From an uncultured Verrucomicrobiae bacterium (lineage in GTDB: Bacteria > Verrucomicrobiota > Verrucomicrobiia > Opitutales > JABDGR01): a DNA stretch of 64,000 bases. Below are positions 1-8,876 of the stretch, in pieces. Numbering within the stretch: the first letter of the stretch is position 1; every line of letters begins with the position of its first letter. The stretch is taken from NCBI GenBank assembly GCA_963765205.1, contig CAVXVB010000004.1:64001-128000 (forward strand), written 5' to 3'. A program made the translations under genes and the position numbers. Below the pieces are notes generated by a model. That model saw only the letters and a list, made by a program, of their open reading frames with translations, made no database searches and was not told where the DNA came from.

Positions 1-63
1 GCACCGCGGGTGTTGAAGCGAAATGCAGGAGCCAAGCCCCTTGATTTCGTGCAGTGGGAGGGA

Positions 64-456
64 TTAACCACCCGCGCCACCACCACCCGCACCCGCACCA
101 CCACCGCCGCCACGACGACCACCAGCGCCACGGGCTCCAGCCGCGCCGAAGCCGCCCAAGGTCAGGGGGCTCCACATCGGATGCGCGTCCAGCGCCGCCT
201 TGGCCTCCGGAGATTGCTTCGCGATCAAATCGCGCAGGGCTTTGTTAAGAGCCGCCAACTCCGTCGGATTGGGGATGTCGGTATTTGCCGCAGGGCCGGT
301 GCCGCCACGGCGACCACCGGAACCAGCTGGAGGAGCCATCGGGGCACTCGCCGCAGGAGCGGCGGCATCAGGGGCGGCGTTCTGGGCGAGCGTCACCGCG
401 GTTGCAGCCATCATGCCGGCTGCGAGCAGGGTTGATATTTTTTTGGGAGTGTTCAT
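64..456 (-). CDS. Small secreted Gly/Ala/Pro-rich protein (paralog 1)
   Basis: Signal peptide MNTPKKISTLLAAGMMAATAVTLAQ; helical core ALNKALRDLIAKQSPEAKAALDAHP shared with the neighbour; GGRRGG low-complexity flanks. Confidence 0.8.
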   Translation of the reverse strand: MNTPKKISTLLAAGMMAATAVTLAQNAAPDAAAPAASAPMAPPAGSGGRRGGTGPAANTDIPNPTELAALNKALRDLIAKQSPEAKAALDAHPMWSPLTLGGFGAAGARGAGGRRGGGGGAGAGGGGAGG

Positions 457-674
457 TGGGTTGAATCTGAAGGGACAGGAAAACTTATACACCCCGGCTG
501 ACATCGTCAAGTTGCACAATTTTTACATCCTTCCGGAAAACTATAAACCAGCATCGTGGGGAGTAGGCATGAGGAATCCCGGGAGCCAGTCCAGTCCTCG
601 CCGGACGCGCCCTTGGCGACTCGACCGGCAGGGCGCTGCCCTATCCGACAATTGGCTAATTGCTGAAAAACATA

Positions 675-706
675 ACGCCCGCCGGCAATAAAGCCGACGG
701 GCGTCA
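675..706. terminator. Hairpin between the two paralogs
   Basis: acgcccgccggc-aataaa-gccgacgggcgt inverted repeat just downstream of the 752-1226 gene. Confidence 0.5.
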
Positions 707-751
707 GGGCAGGCAGAGGAAGCTCCGCCTGGAAATATTTACCAGTCAGAG

Positions 752-1226
752 CTAGGCGCCCGAGCCAGCCGGGGCACCCGCGCCACCACCACCAGAGCCA
801 CCGGGGCCACCAGAGCCACCCGCGCCACGACGGCCACCACGACCACTTCCACCGGCGCCAGGGCCACCCGCGCGGCCAGCACCAGGAAAGCCCGCAGTCA
901 GGGGCTGATAATTCGGATGGGCGTCAAGCGCAGCCTTGGCTTCCGGGGATTGCTGGGCGAGCAATGCCTTCAAGGCGGCGTTTATCGCCGTCATCTGGGC
1001 TGCATCGGGCGCATCAACCGGCGCGCCAAAATTACCAGCACCTTGACCGCCAGCGCCACGACGACCGCCGGAACCACCAGGACCACCGGGACCGCCGCCT
1101 TGGGCAGCCGCAGGGGGGGGGGAGGGGGGGAGGGGGAGGAGGAGCGGCCTGAGCCAGCACCACCGGGATAGACGCAGCCAGCATGCCGGCCGCGAGAGCA
1201 CACAACAATTTCTTCGAGTTTTTCAT
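752..1226 (-). CDS. Small secreted Gly-rich protein (paralog 2), frameshifted in a poly-C/G tract
   Basis: N-term MKNSKKLLCALAAGMLAASIPVVLAQ (ORF 1032-1226) switches frame at G-runs 1113-1143 into AINAALKALLAQQSPEAKAALDAHP (ORF 752-1201). Confidence 0.75.
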
Positions 1227-1366
1227 ATAGGGTTAAGGGGTAGTGAAACAAGATAAACCCCGCTATTACGGGTCGTGTTTCAAAATAATGCAAGCATTAA
1301 AGGACGGTTAATTTTTACCCCTCCACGGCAAAAACCAACCCAGACCCTTCTTTTTTGTGATTTTGC

Positions 1367-1759
1367 CTAGACCCTCGCCCGCTGAATCAACTCAATCTCA
1401 TACCCCTCGGGCGCATCTATAAACGCAAAAATCGAGCCGGTGCTTTTGCTTACAGTCGGCCCATCCGAAAATTTTATCCCTTTGGATTCCAAATACTTGC
1501 GATAATCCTCCAAGTTGCCCACCTCGAAGGCCAGGTGCATGAGGTCGGGTTGGACTTGGACGGGGCCGGAATCGGGGAAATAAGTGATCTCGATCAATTC
1601 CTCGCTGTTGGGCGTGCGCAGGAAGGCCAGTTTCGCCCCCCGGGGCGATTCCCGCCGGTCGGTCAATTCCAGCCCCAAAATGTCCGTGTAAAATTTCACG
1701 GTTTGTTCCAAGTCATTCACCCGCATCCGGGTGTGGAGGAGTTTTGTGACGGCGGGCAT
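1367..1759 (-). CDS. VOC family / lactoylglutathione lyase (glyoxalase I)-like
   Basis: LLHTRMRVNDL...FYTDILG, HLAFEV, FIDAPEGYEIELI motifs. Confidence 0.9.
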   Translation of the reverse strand: MPAVTKLLHTRMRVNDLEQTVKFYTDILGLELTDRRESPRGAKLAFLRTPNSEELIEITYFPDSGPVQVQPDLMHLAFEVGNLEDYRKYLESKGIKFSDGPTVSKSTGSIFAFIDAPEGYEIELIQRARV

Positions 1760-1770
1760 GGAAGGTGGGG

Positions 1771-1878
1771 ATTTCTGAATGCTGAGTTCTGAATGCTTAA
1801 TTTCCTGACCGAGAACACAACAGCAACAGATAAACATAAAGGAAAAATTTCCCATTCCGCAATCCGAATTCAGCATTT
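1771..1878. repeat. Inverted pair of heptamer arrays (ATTCAGC/ATTCAGA type)
   Basis: ttctgaatgctgagttctgaatgct ... attccgcaatccgaattcagcatt. Confidence 0.75.
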
Positions 1879-1920
1879 CCTTTGAACCTTTTCTTTCCTT
1901 CCCCATTCCACTGGGCGAGG

Positions 1921-2469
1921 ATGCTGCGCGTGGCCGAACCAGAACCATTGCCCGTGGCGCAAGCCCGGGCCGGCGCGGCGGCAGCGTGGCGCGTCCTCTT
2001 TCGCCGCTACCAACTGCCGCTGTGTGCCTACGTCTATGAATTGGTCCGCCATGAACAAACCAGCCTCGACCTTGTGCAGGCGTCTTTCATTCGCGCCGCG
2101 CGCCACCTCGGCACCCTGCGCGACGACGCGAAGTTCGGCAGTTGGCTCTTCGGCATCGCCCACCAGCAATGCCTGCAACACTTCCACCAGGCGGGCCGCG
2201 AATTCGTCTCCAGCGACCTGCTCGATGAACGCCCCGGCGACGACCCCGGCCCCGACCAAATCCTTTTGCGTGCCGAGCAGGCGGCGGAGTTCCGCGCGCT
2301 CCTCGCGCAACTCCCGCCCGCGCACCGCGCCGTCCTCGTGCTTTATTTCGTCGAGGATTTTTCCCTGGAGGACATCGCCCGCGTCACGGACGCGCCGCTG
2401 GGCACCGTCAAGTCCCGCCTGCACCACGCCAAGCGCGCGCTGAAAAAACTCTGGGAACACCAAGCATGA
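1921..2469 (+). CDS. ECF RNA polymerase sigma-70 factor
   Basis: Region 2 (DLVQASFI...FGSWLFGIA) and region 4 (LEDIARVTDAPLGTVKSRLHHA). Confidence 0.92.
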   Translation: MLRVAEPEPLPVAQARAGAAAAWRVLFRRYQLPLCAYVYELVRHEQTSLDLVQASFIRAARHLGTLRDDAKFGSWLFGIAHQQCLQHFHQAGREFVSSDLLDERPGDDPGPDQILLRAEQAAEFRALLAQLPPAHRAVLVLYFVEDFSLEDIARVTDAPLGTVKSRLHHAKRALKKLWEHQA

Positions 2470-2960
2470 AAACACCGAAACAAATTTTATTGGAAAGCCA
2501 TCGCGCCGCCGAGCCGCAGCTCGACCGCCTGCGCGAAGAGGTGCTAACGACAGAGTTTAGCTGGCCTGCGGTGAACTTGTCGAACGAGTCGGAGGGCCAC
2601 GCCCTGAGCCTGTCGAAGGGCCGCCCGTCGAAAAATCGCAACTTCGCCGCCGCCCTTTTGCAAAAATTATGGCTCGAATTAATCTGGCCCTCGCGCCGCG
2701 CCTGGGCCGGCCTCGCCGCCGTGTGGGTTGCGCTCGCGGCCGTTTATCTCACCACCCAGCGCCCGGGCGACGCCAAGCTGCCCCCGCCCAACCCGCAAAT
2801 GGTCGCCGCCTGGATGCAGGAGCAACAGTTGCTTGCGCAATTGCTGGACCATCCTATGCATACTGCGGCCAAAATCCCCACGCCCGCACGCCCTGAGCCT
2901 GTCGAAGGGCCCAACAAATCCGCCCAATGGCTGGCCGACGACCAAACCGCCCGGGTGTAA
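2466..2960 (+). CDS. Putative single-TM anti-sigma factor
   Basis: ATGA overlap with the sigma gene; WLELIWP..RAWAGLAAVW followed by a TM segment. Confidence 0.7.
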   Translation: MKTPKQILLESHRAAEPQLDRLREEVLTTEFSWPAVNLSNESEGHALSLSKGRPSKNRNFAAALLQKLWLELIWPSRRAWAGLAAVWVALAAVYLTTQRPGDAKLPPPNPQMVAAWMQEQQLLAQLLDHPMHTAAKIPTPARPEPVEGPNKSAQWLADDQTARV

Positions 2961-3029
2961 GACCATTTCTCAACCGAATTTTCGACCATGCCACGACAGC
3001 TAGAACAGATTGCAGAAGTTTGGCTCTTC

Positions 3030-3187
3030 CGTCCCGGGGAGCGCGGGCGTCCCACCCGCCGTCCTCGGCGTCTCGCCGAGGACATCTTCGAAGACCGGAA
3101 ACGCAGGACACTGCACCGGCTTTTGCAAAAGAAGCGGTCGGCGAGACGCCGACCGCAGCGACCGGGACGGTCGCGCTCCCCGGAACG
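3030..3187. repeat. REP/MITE-like palindromic element (GGAGCGCG type)
   Basis: Terminal IR cgtcccggggagcgcg...cgcgctccccggaacg with internal hairpins tcggcgtctcgccga / tcggcgagacgccga. Confidence 0.7.
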
Positions 3188-3343
3188 AAGAACCGTGCAT
3201 TCTAAAGTCCAAAAATAATTCGGTGTTCGTATAAAACCCGCCAGTTTTTTGTTTCGAAACTGATTTTCACCGCCACGACCGCCAAAAAATAAATTCGGTT
3301 AATCCCGTCAAAAACCTCCCTTGGCGCTCTTTGCGCCTTTGCG

Positions 3344-4972
3344 GTGAACCATTCCCCTCCTCTCCCCATGCCCTCCTTCGCCGACCAAATCCCCACTATC
3401 CGAAAAATCTATCGCGCCCCGTTTAATTGGTGCGCGCGCATCTTCCGCGCCGTTTTCACCTGGCGCGTGATGCGCCGCGTTTTGCTCTCTATCGCGATTC
3501 TCGCCACGCTGATCACGTCCTTTTATCTGGAGGAACTCTGGCGCGGCCAGAGAGCCTGGGACGCCGCCCGGCGCGCCTTCGAGGCGCAAGGCGGGACGCT
3601 CGACCTCCAAAAACTGGCCCCGCCACCGGTGCCCGATGACCAGAATTTCGCGATGACTCCGTTGCTCAAGCCGTTCTTCCCCGTAGGAACGCGCGAGCAC
3701 CCCAATAAGTATCGCGAAGAACTCGGGTCCCGGCTGGAATGGCCGACCGCCGAAGGTAAAGACCCGCATGCCGATGATCCAGGCAACCTGGGCTCCTGGC
3801 GGGAGGCCAAACGTAGTGACTTGAAGGATTGGCAGACATTTCTTGGCCAGCCGGACATTCTGCAAGCGTTGAAAAAGCTCGATCCCGTATTAAACGAAAT
3901 CAGCCTCGCCAGCCGCCGACCCTTTGCCCGGTTTCCCTTCGAATACGAAAAGGTTCCGTTGCCCTTGATATTCGACGTTGGCTTGTTCATCCACTTGACC
4001 CACATTTACGGAGTCCGCGCGTTGGCGGAATTGGACGCGGGCCAAACCGACCGCGCAGCGGAGGACACGGTCACCATTTTTCAACTGGCCAATTCCTTAA
4101 CGGGCGAACCCTTCTTAATGTCCCAGATTACCTCCGTCATCATTGCCGCAAATGGCATGCAGGTGCTCTGGGAGGGGCTGTTCGCCCACCGCTGGTCGGA
4201 GGCCCAATTAGTCGAGTTCTCGGGTGAATTGCAAAAATTTGATTACCTCGCGGGCGAACTGCGGGGCGTGCAGGGGGAAACGGCTAGTTCTGATCACTTC
4301 TTCCAACTAAGATTGGATGACCCGTCCGGCGACCCGTCCGGGATGGCTGAAAGATTCAACTTGTTCAGCGGCCTGATCCCCGATCAATCTGGCCAGGGCG
4401 TGTTAAAAACGCTGGAAAACGAAGTGCAAGACTGGCTGATAAAACGGTGGGCGGCGTGGCTGCCGCGCGGATGGCTCTATCAAAGCCGCATTGTTCATTT
4501 GCAAGACGAACAAAAGACCCTGGCCACCCTTGATGTCCCGCGCCACCGGGTGGATCCGGAAAAGTCCAAGGCCATTGATAATGAATTCGCCCAGCGGCGG
4601 CACACACCCTACAATTTTATTGCATTTAATTTCGAGGTGGGATCGGCGGCGAGCCTCAACCGCATTTCCGCCTCCGCCCAAGCCTGGATGGACGAAGCCC
4701 AAGTCGCTTGCGCGCTTGAACACTACCGGCTGGCCAACGGACAGTTGCCGGAAACGCTCGACCAACTTACTCCGAAGTTCATCGCCAAGCTTCCGACGGA
4801 TGTTATCAGCGGCGGCCCGCTGCATTACCAACGAAAAGCGGACGGGCATTTTCTGCTCTACGAAGTCGGCTGGAACGGCACCGACGACGGCGGCGTTATC
4901 GCCAAAGATTCCTCGGGCAATGTCGACCCGGAAAAAGGCGACTGGGTCTGGCCCGATGCGGCGCAACCGTAG
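3344..4972 (+). CDS. Membrane-anchored hypothetical protein with GspG/pilin-like C-terminal motif; third gene of the ECF locus
   Basis: 542-aa ORF, N-terminal TM, C-term ALEHYRLANGQLPETLDQL...LYEVGWNGTDDGG...GDWVW. Confidence 0.75.
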   Translation: MNHSPPLPMPSFADQIPTIRKIYRAPFNWCARIFRAVFTWRVMRRVLLSIAILATLITSFYLEELWRGQRAWDAARRAFEAQGGTLDLQKLAPPPVPDDQNFAMTPLLKPFFPVGTREHPNKYREELGSRLEWPTAEGKDPHADDPGNLGSWREAKRSDLKDWQTFLGQPDILQALKKLDPVLNEISLASRRPFARFPFEYEKVPLPLIFDVGLFIHLTHIYGVRALAELDAGQTDRAAEDTVTIFQLANSLTGEPFLMSQITSVIIAANGMQVLWEGLFAHRWSEAQLVEFSGELQKFDYLAGELRGVQGETASSDHFFQLRLDDPSGDPSGMAERFNLFSGLIPDQSGQGVLKTLENEVQDWLIKRWAAWLPRGWLYQSRIVHLQDEQKTLATLDVPRHRVDPEKSKAIDNEFAQRRHTPYNFIAFNFEVGSAASLNRISASAQAWMDEAQVACALEHYRLANGQLPETLDQLTPKFIAKLPTDVISGGPLHYQRKADGHFLLYEVGWNGTDDGGVIAKDSSGNVDPEKGDWVWPDAAQP

Positions 4973-4977
4973 GGAGG

Positions 4978-5125
4978 ATTGCTGATTTCTGAATGCTGAG
5001 TGCTGAATTTCGAACGCTGAACTCTGAACTTTGAGCTCCAAAATCCTGCCCAGCATGATCCGCCCGCCAAGGCAGAAGCAGGAAAAGCCTCCGCATTCAG
5101 CAATCAGAAATCAGCATTCAGAAAT
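4978..5125. repeat. Inverted pair of heptamer arrays between convergent genes
   Basis: gctgatttctgaatgctgagtgctgaa... / ...attcagcaatcagaaatcagcattcagaaat. Confidence 0.8.
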
Positions 5126-5138
5126 CCCCCTCCCTGCC

Positions 5139-5427
5139 TTACTTCGCCGCCTCCACCCGCTTCAGCACCAGCGGCTCGTCCCAGGCGAACGGCACGCCCC
5201 ACGTTTCGTCCTTGAGCGACTTTAATTGGTCTGGCGTCAATTCGCCGAGGCGCACGTTGTTGCCGTCCATCGCGCCCGGCAATTTGCCGTCCGCGACAAT
5301 TTTGGCGAACTTGCCGGCATCAGGCGACCACAGGATGGCGATGTCGCCGTCCACTTTGATCCGCAGCCAGTTATAGCGCGTGATTTTGGCGCCTTGGGCA
5401 TCCTTGGCATCTTGGTCAACCAGGCTA
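5139..5427 (-). pseudogene. C-terminal half of a lipoprotein cut at the IS junction
   Basis: Open frame SLVDQDAKDAQGAKITRYNWLRIKVDGD...VEAAK* begins at the IS end with no convincing start; proposed N-half at 61608-61937. Confidence 0.7.
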
Positions 5428-6282
5428 GAGGCTGTCCGAAAAGTCTGCTTTGGTCAAGTGATGGGCAGATGACGTAGCGCGATCATGAGGCAGCCGAGCG
5501 TGGCAAAAGCGCAGAAGAGCGAAGCGTGTTTTTCCCAGCGGGTGAGCAAACGACGGTGATAGCCCAGCCAGGCGATGGTGCGTTCGACTCTCCAGCGGCG
5601 GCGGTAGCGGCGCCGCGGTCGTCCGTCCTGGGTGACGTTTTCGGGCCGGCGGTTTTTGCGGTGCGGGGCGATCATTTCGATGCCCAGTTCGGCGAGGGTT
5701 TCGTCCAGTTCATCCACGTCGTAAGCCTTGTCGCCGATGAGGCGTTGCGGCTGGGCCTCGGGCTGGCCCAAGTCGAGCGTTTGCTGCACCATGTCGTGTT
5801 CGGGAACGCCAGAGGCGTCCACCGACAGCGCCAGCGGAATGCCTTGCCCATCAACGACTAACTGCACCTTCGTGCCCTTGCCCTTGGGCGACAGCCCCAC
5901 GGCGTCACCACCGCCCTTGGCCGCCGCAAAGGTGGCGTCCACGAAGCATTCTTCCACATCGATGCGCCCAACCTCAATCAAGTGCCGGATAACTTGGGCG
6001 AACAGCATGCGGAAGGCCCGCGACTGGCTCCACTGTTGCAGGTAGTCATGCACGGTGGACTTGGGGGGAAAGCTGCGTGGCAGCAGCTTCCACGGCATGC
6101 CCGTGTGCAGCATGAACAGGATGGCTTCGAACACCTCCCGCTCGTTGGCCCGGGGCCGCCCAAACACGCTGCGCTTGGGCCGTTGCAACACAGGACTTAT
6201 AATCTCCCATTGTTTGTCAGTTATAAACATCCCACTCCGAAAGCACCTTCCATGCCGACTGGCCTACTTTTCGGACAGCCTC
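5428..6282 (-). mobile_element. IS5-family insertion sequence, copy 1 (855 bp)
   Basis: 17-bp terminal IRs GAGGCTGTCCGAAAAGT; CTAG target context (TA or CTAG duplication); second copy at 61959-62813. Confidence 0.95.
5454..6230 (-). CDS. IS5-family DDE transposase
   Basis: W..LP..FPPKSTVHDY, VDAT, GDKAYD, RWRVERTIAWL...RRL..RWEK. Confidence 0.95.
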   Translation of the reverse strand: MFITDKQWEIISPVLQRPKRSVFGRPRANEREVFEAILFMLHTGMPWKLLPRSFPPKSTVHDYLQQWSQSRAFRMLFAQVIRHLIEVGRIDVEECFVDATFAAAKGGGDAVGLSPKGKGTKVQLVVDGQGIPLALSVDASGVPEHDMVQQTLDLGQPEAQPQRLIGDKAYDVDELDETLAELGIEMIAPHRKNRRPENVTQDGRPRRRYRRRWRVERTIAWLGYHRRLLTRWEKHASLFCAFATLGCLMIALRHLPIT

Positions 6283-7700
6283 TAGGCGTGTTCTGCAAGG
6301 AAGTCATGGTGACCGCGCCGCTGCTGACCTTCTTATATGATCGAACGTTCGCGGCCGGGAGTTTTGCCGAGGCGTGGCGGCGGCGGGCAAAATATTACGG
6401 AGTACTGGCGGCCACCTGGATTCCACTGGCAGGGGTCGTTTGGAGTGCGGGCAACCGGGGTGGCTCGGCGGGTTTTCAATCGGGCCTGGCATGGACGGAT
6501 TATGCGTGGGCGCAGTTTCCCGTGCTCGCGCGCTATCTGGCCTTGGTCACATGGCCGCATCCGCAAATGGTGGACTATGGGCCGGCACTGGCTTGGAACG
6601 GCGGCCCGGCCATGGCCGCGGGTGACGAGAGTTGGGCGCTGCTCTTGGTTGTGGCGCTGGTGGCGGGCACAATCTACCTGCTGTGGCGGCGTTCGGTTTT
6701 CGGCTTTCTTGGCGCCTGGTTTTTCGGGATACTCGCGCCGAGTTCGAGCATCGTCCCGATTGCGACCGAAATCGCGGCGGAGCACCGCCTGTATCTGTCC
6801 CTGGCGGCACTGGCGGTGCTGGCAGCCGTCGGGCTGGACCGGTGCGCGGGGCCGCGGGTCTTCAGCATCGCCGTCGCCATTTGGGCGGCGGGTTTAGGGG
6901 GCCTGACGTTCGAGCGCAACCAGGATTTTCGCACGGAATTGGTCAATTACCAGGCGCTGGTGGCCAATGCGCCCGAGAACGACCGCGCGCTCGTCAATCT
7001 GGGGGTGGATTTGGCTGACGCCGGGCGGCTGCCGGAAAGCGCGCAGGCCTACGCGAACGCTTTGCGGATCAATCCCCGCGCGGTGGATGCGGAGCATAAC
7101 CTCGGCTTGGTCCTGGCCCGGATGGGGCGCCCGGATCAAGCCATCATCCATTATCGGAATGCCTTGCGCCTCAGCCCCGATTACATTCCCGCCCACGCGG
7201 CCCTGGCCAATTTGCTGGTAAAGACGAAGGCAACCATCCCGGACGCGATTACCGAGTTCGCGGCCCTGGTGCGGTTGCAGCCGGATTCGGCCGAGGCGCA
7301 TCTGAACCTCGGCAAGGCTTACATCGTGGACGAGCAACACGCGCAGTTTGCCCCGGCCCTCGCCCAATTCCAAATCGCCGCCCGCCTTGCGCCGGACGAC
7401 CCGGAAGCTTTTTTCTCGCTTGGCGACGCGCTGACGAAGGAGGGAATGGCCGCCTCCCCAGCGGGCGCGCCGTTTTTTACGGAAGCGGTCGCGCAATATT
7501 CCCTGGCCTTGAAAATCAAGCCCGACTACGCCCGCGCGCGGGGCGGCTTCGCCTTTTGTCTAATGCGATTGGGCCGTTATGGTGAGGCCGTGCGTGAATA
7601 CCAGGCGGCGTTGCGGCTCGACCCGACGGAGAAAAGCTTCAGCGCCGGTCTCGCCATGGCGCAGGGACTGCAGGCCGGAACAATAGCGCCGCCACCGTGA
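6283..7700 (+). pseudogene. C-terminal part of a TMTC-like multi-TM TPR protein, separated from its N-terminus
   Basis: Starts at the IS end with GVFCKEVMVTAP; AEHRLYL motif; several TPR repeats; joins in frame to 62814-63419. Confidence 0.85.
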
Positions 7701-7733
7701 GCGGGCTGCAGCCCGCCCCCAAAAATTTGCGCG

Positions 7734-8876
7734 TCAGTTGCCAGTGGACAAGCCGTATTTTATGTAGGCTTTGTCGCGGAGTCGTTGGAGCCACTTTTCC
7801 ACGGCCTGGCTGTCGTCCTGCGCGGCAAGGGTTTTCTCAATATCCGGGTAGACGTCTTCGATCTTGCGGTAGCCTTCAGCGGTTTTTTCGTCGCAGATGA
7901 AGATGAAGATGACGGTGTCATTCGTCTGCGCGTCATGCGTCGTCACTGGGTCGCTGACCTGGCCGGGCTGGAGATTGAACACGGCTTGCTGCACTTCGGG
8001 CGGCAGCTTGTTATCGCTCGTAAAAGTCTGGTCGGGAAGGATGCCGGCGCGGGCCAGGGGGTCGGAACTGTATTTCTGGGCCAGCGTCAGAAAGTTGGCG
8101 CCGGGCTGGCGAGCTTCCTCGACAATTTTCGCGGCTTGTTCGGCGACGGGCGAGTCGGCCACCGGCTTGAGCACGATCTGGCGCACTTTGATCGAGGCCT
8201 TGACGAAATAGTCCTCTTTGTGCTTTTCGTAATAGTCTTTGATGCGGTCGGGGCTGAGGCCGGTCGTGGAGCTGTGCATCTGATCCGCCATATACCCGAC
8301 CATGTCGTCTTCCTCGATGCGCTGGCGGTAATCCAGTTCGGACTCGCCCTTGGAGGCGAGGTATTTGATGAAGGCCTCCCGGTCGTCGTGAAACTGCGAG
8401 GCCATGTTGTCCTCAAACTGGCGCTCGATGTAGTAGGCGGGCACTTTGTAGCCCTTGTCGGTGAATTCCTGGATAATGAGCAGGCGGTCCACCATGGCTT
8501 TGAGCGCTTCCATGCCGAGGGCGTTGACTTGCTGGTCAAAAATTTCCTTGGCCTTTACCGGGTCGTCGCCGTATTTGGCGTCAATGGCCTGGAAGAGATT
8601 GTCCACATCCGGCTTCATCTCCTTATTCAATTCATCCAGGGTGATTATTTTGCCGTTCACCACTGCGGCGACCGAATCGGTGAACTTGTCCTGTTTGAGT
8701 TCGCCCACGGGTGCATTCGGCATCGCGGGGGCGGCGGGGCCGGGTGTGGCGATGGTCGCAGCGGATGCGGCGGCGCTCGTCAAAGTCGCCGATCCGGGCG
8801 CATCCTCGCCCAAGGCGGTCGCCCCCACGGCGAGCAACGCAAGTGGGCAGAGCAGGTGGCGCAGACGCGGCATCAT
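7734..8876 (-). CDS. SurA/PrsA-like parvulin peptidyl-prolyl isomerase
   Basis: Signal peptide, [31 protein letters not shown]; overlaps the mfd stop. Confidence 0.88.
   Translation of the reverse strand: MMPRLRHLLCPLALLAVGATALGEDAPGSATLTSAAASAATIATPGPAAPAMPNAPVGELKQDKFTDSVAAVVNGKIITLDELNKEMKPDVDNLFQAIDAKYGDDPVKAKEIFDQQVNALGMEALKAMVDRLLIIQEFTDKGYKVPAYYIERQFEDNMASQFHDDREAFIKYLASKGESELDYRQRIEEDDMVGYMADQMHSSTTGLSPDRIKDYYEKHKEDYFVKASIKVRQIVLKPVADSPVAEQAAKIVEEARQPGANFLTLAQKYSSDPLARAGILPDQTFTSDNKLPPEVQQAVFNLQPGQVSDPVTTHDAQTNDTVIFIFICDEKTAEGYRKIEDVYPDIEKTLAAQDDSQAVEKWLQRLRDKAYIKYGLSTGN

Noticed and set aside
5982..7700. Intact 572-aa protein in the ORF track
   Set aside because: The first ~100 codons are the IS antisense frame; the real N-terminus is at 62814-63419
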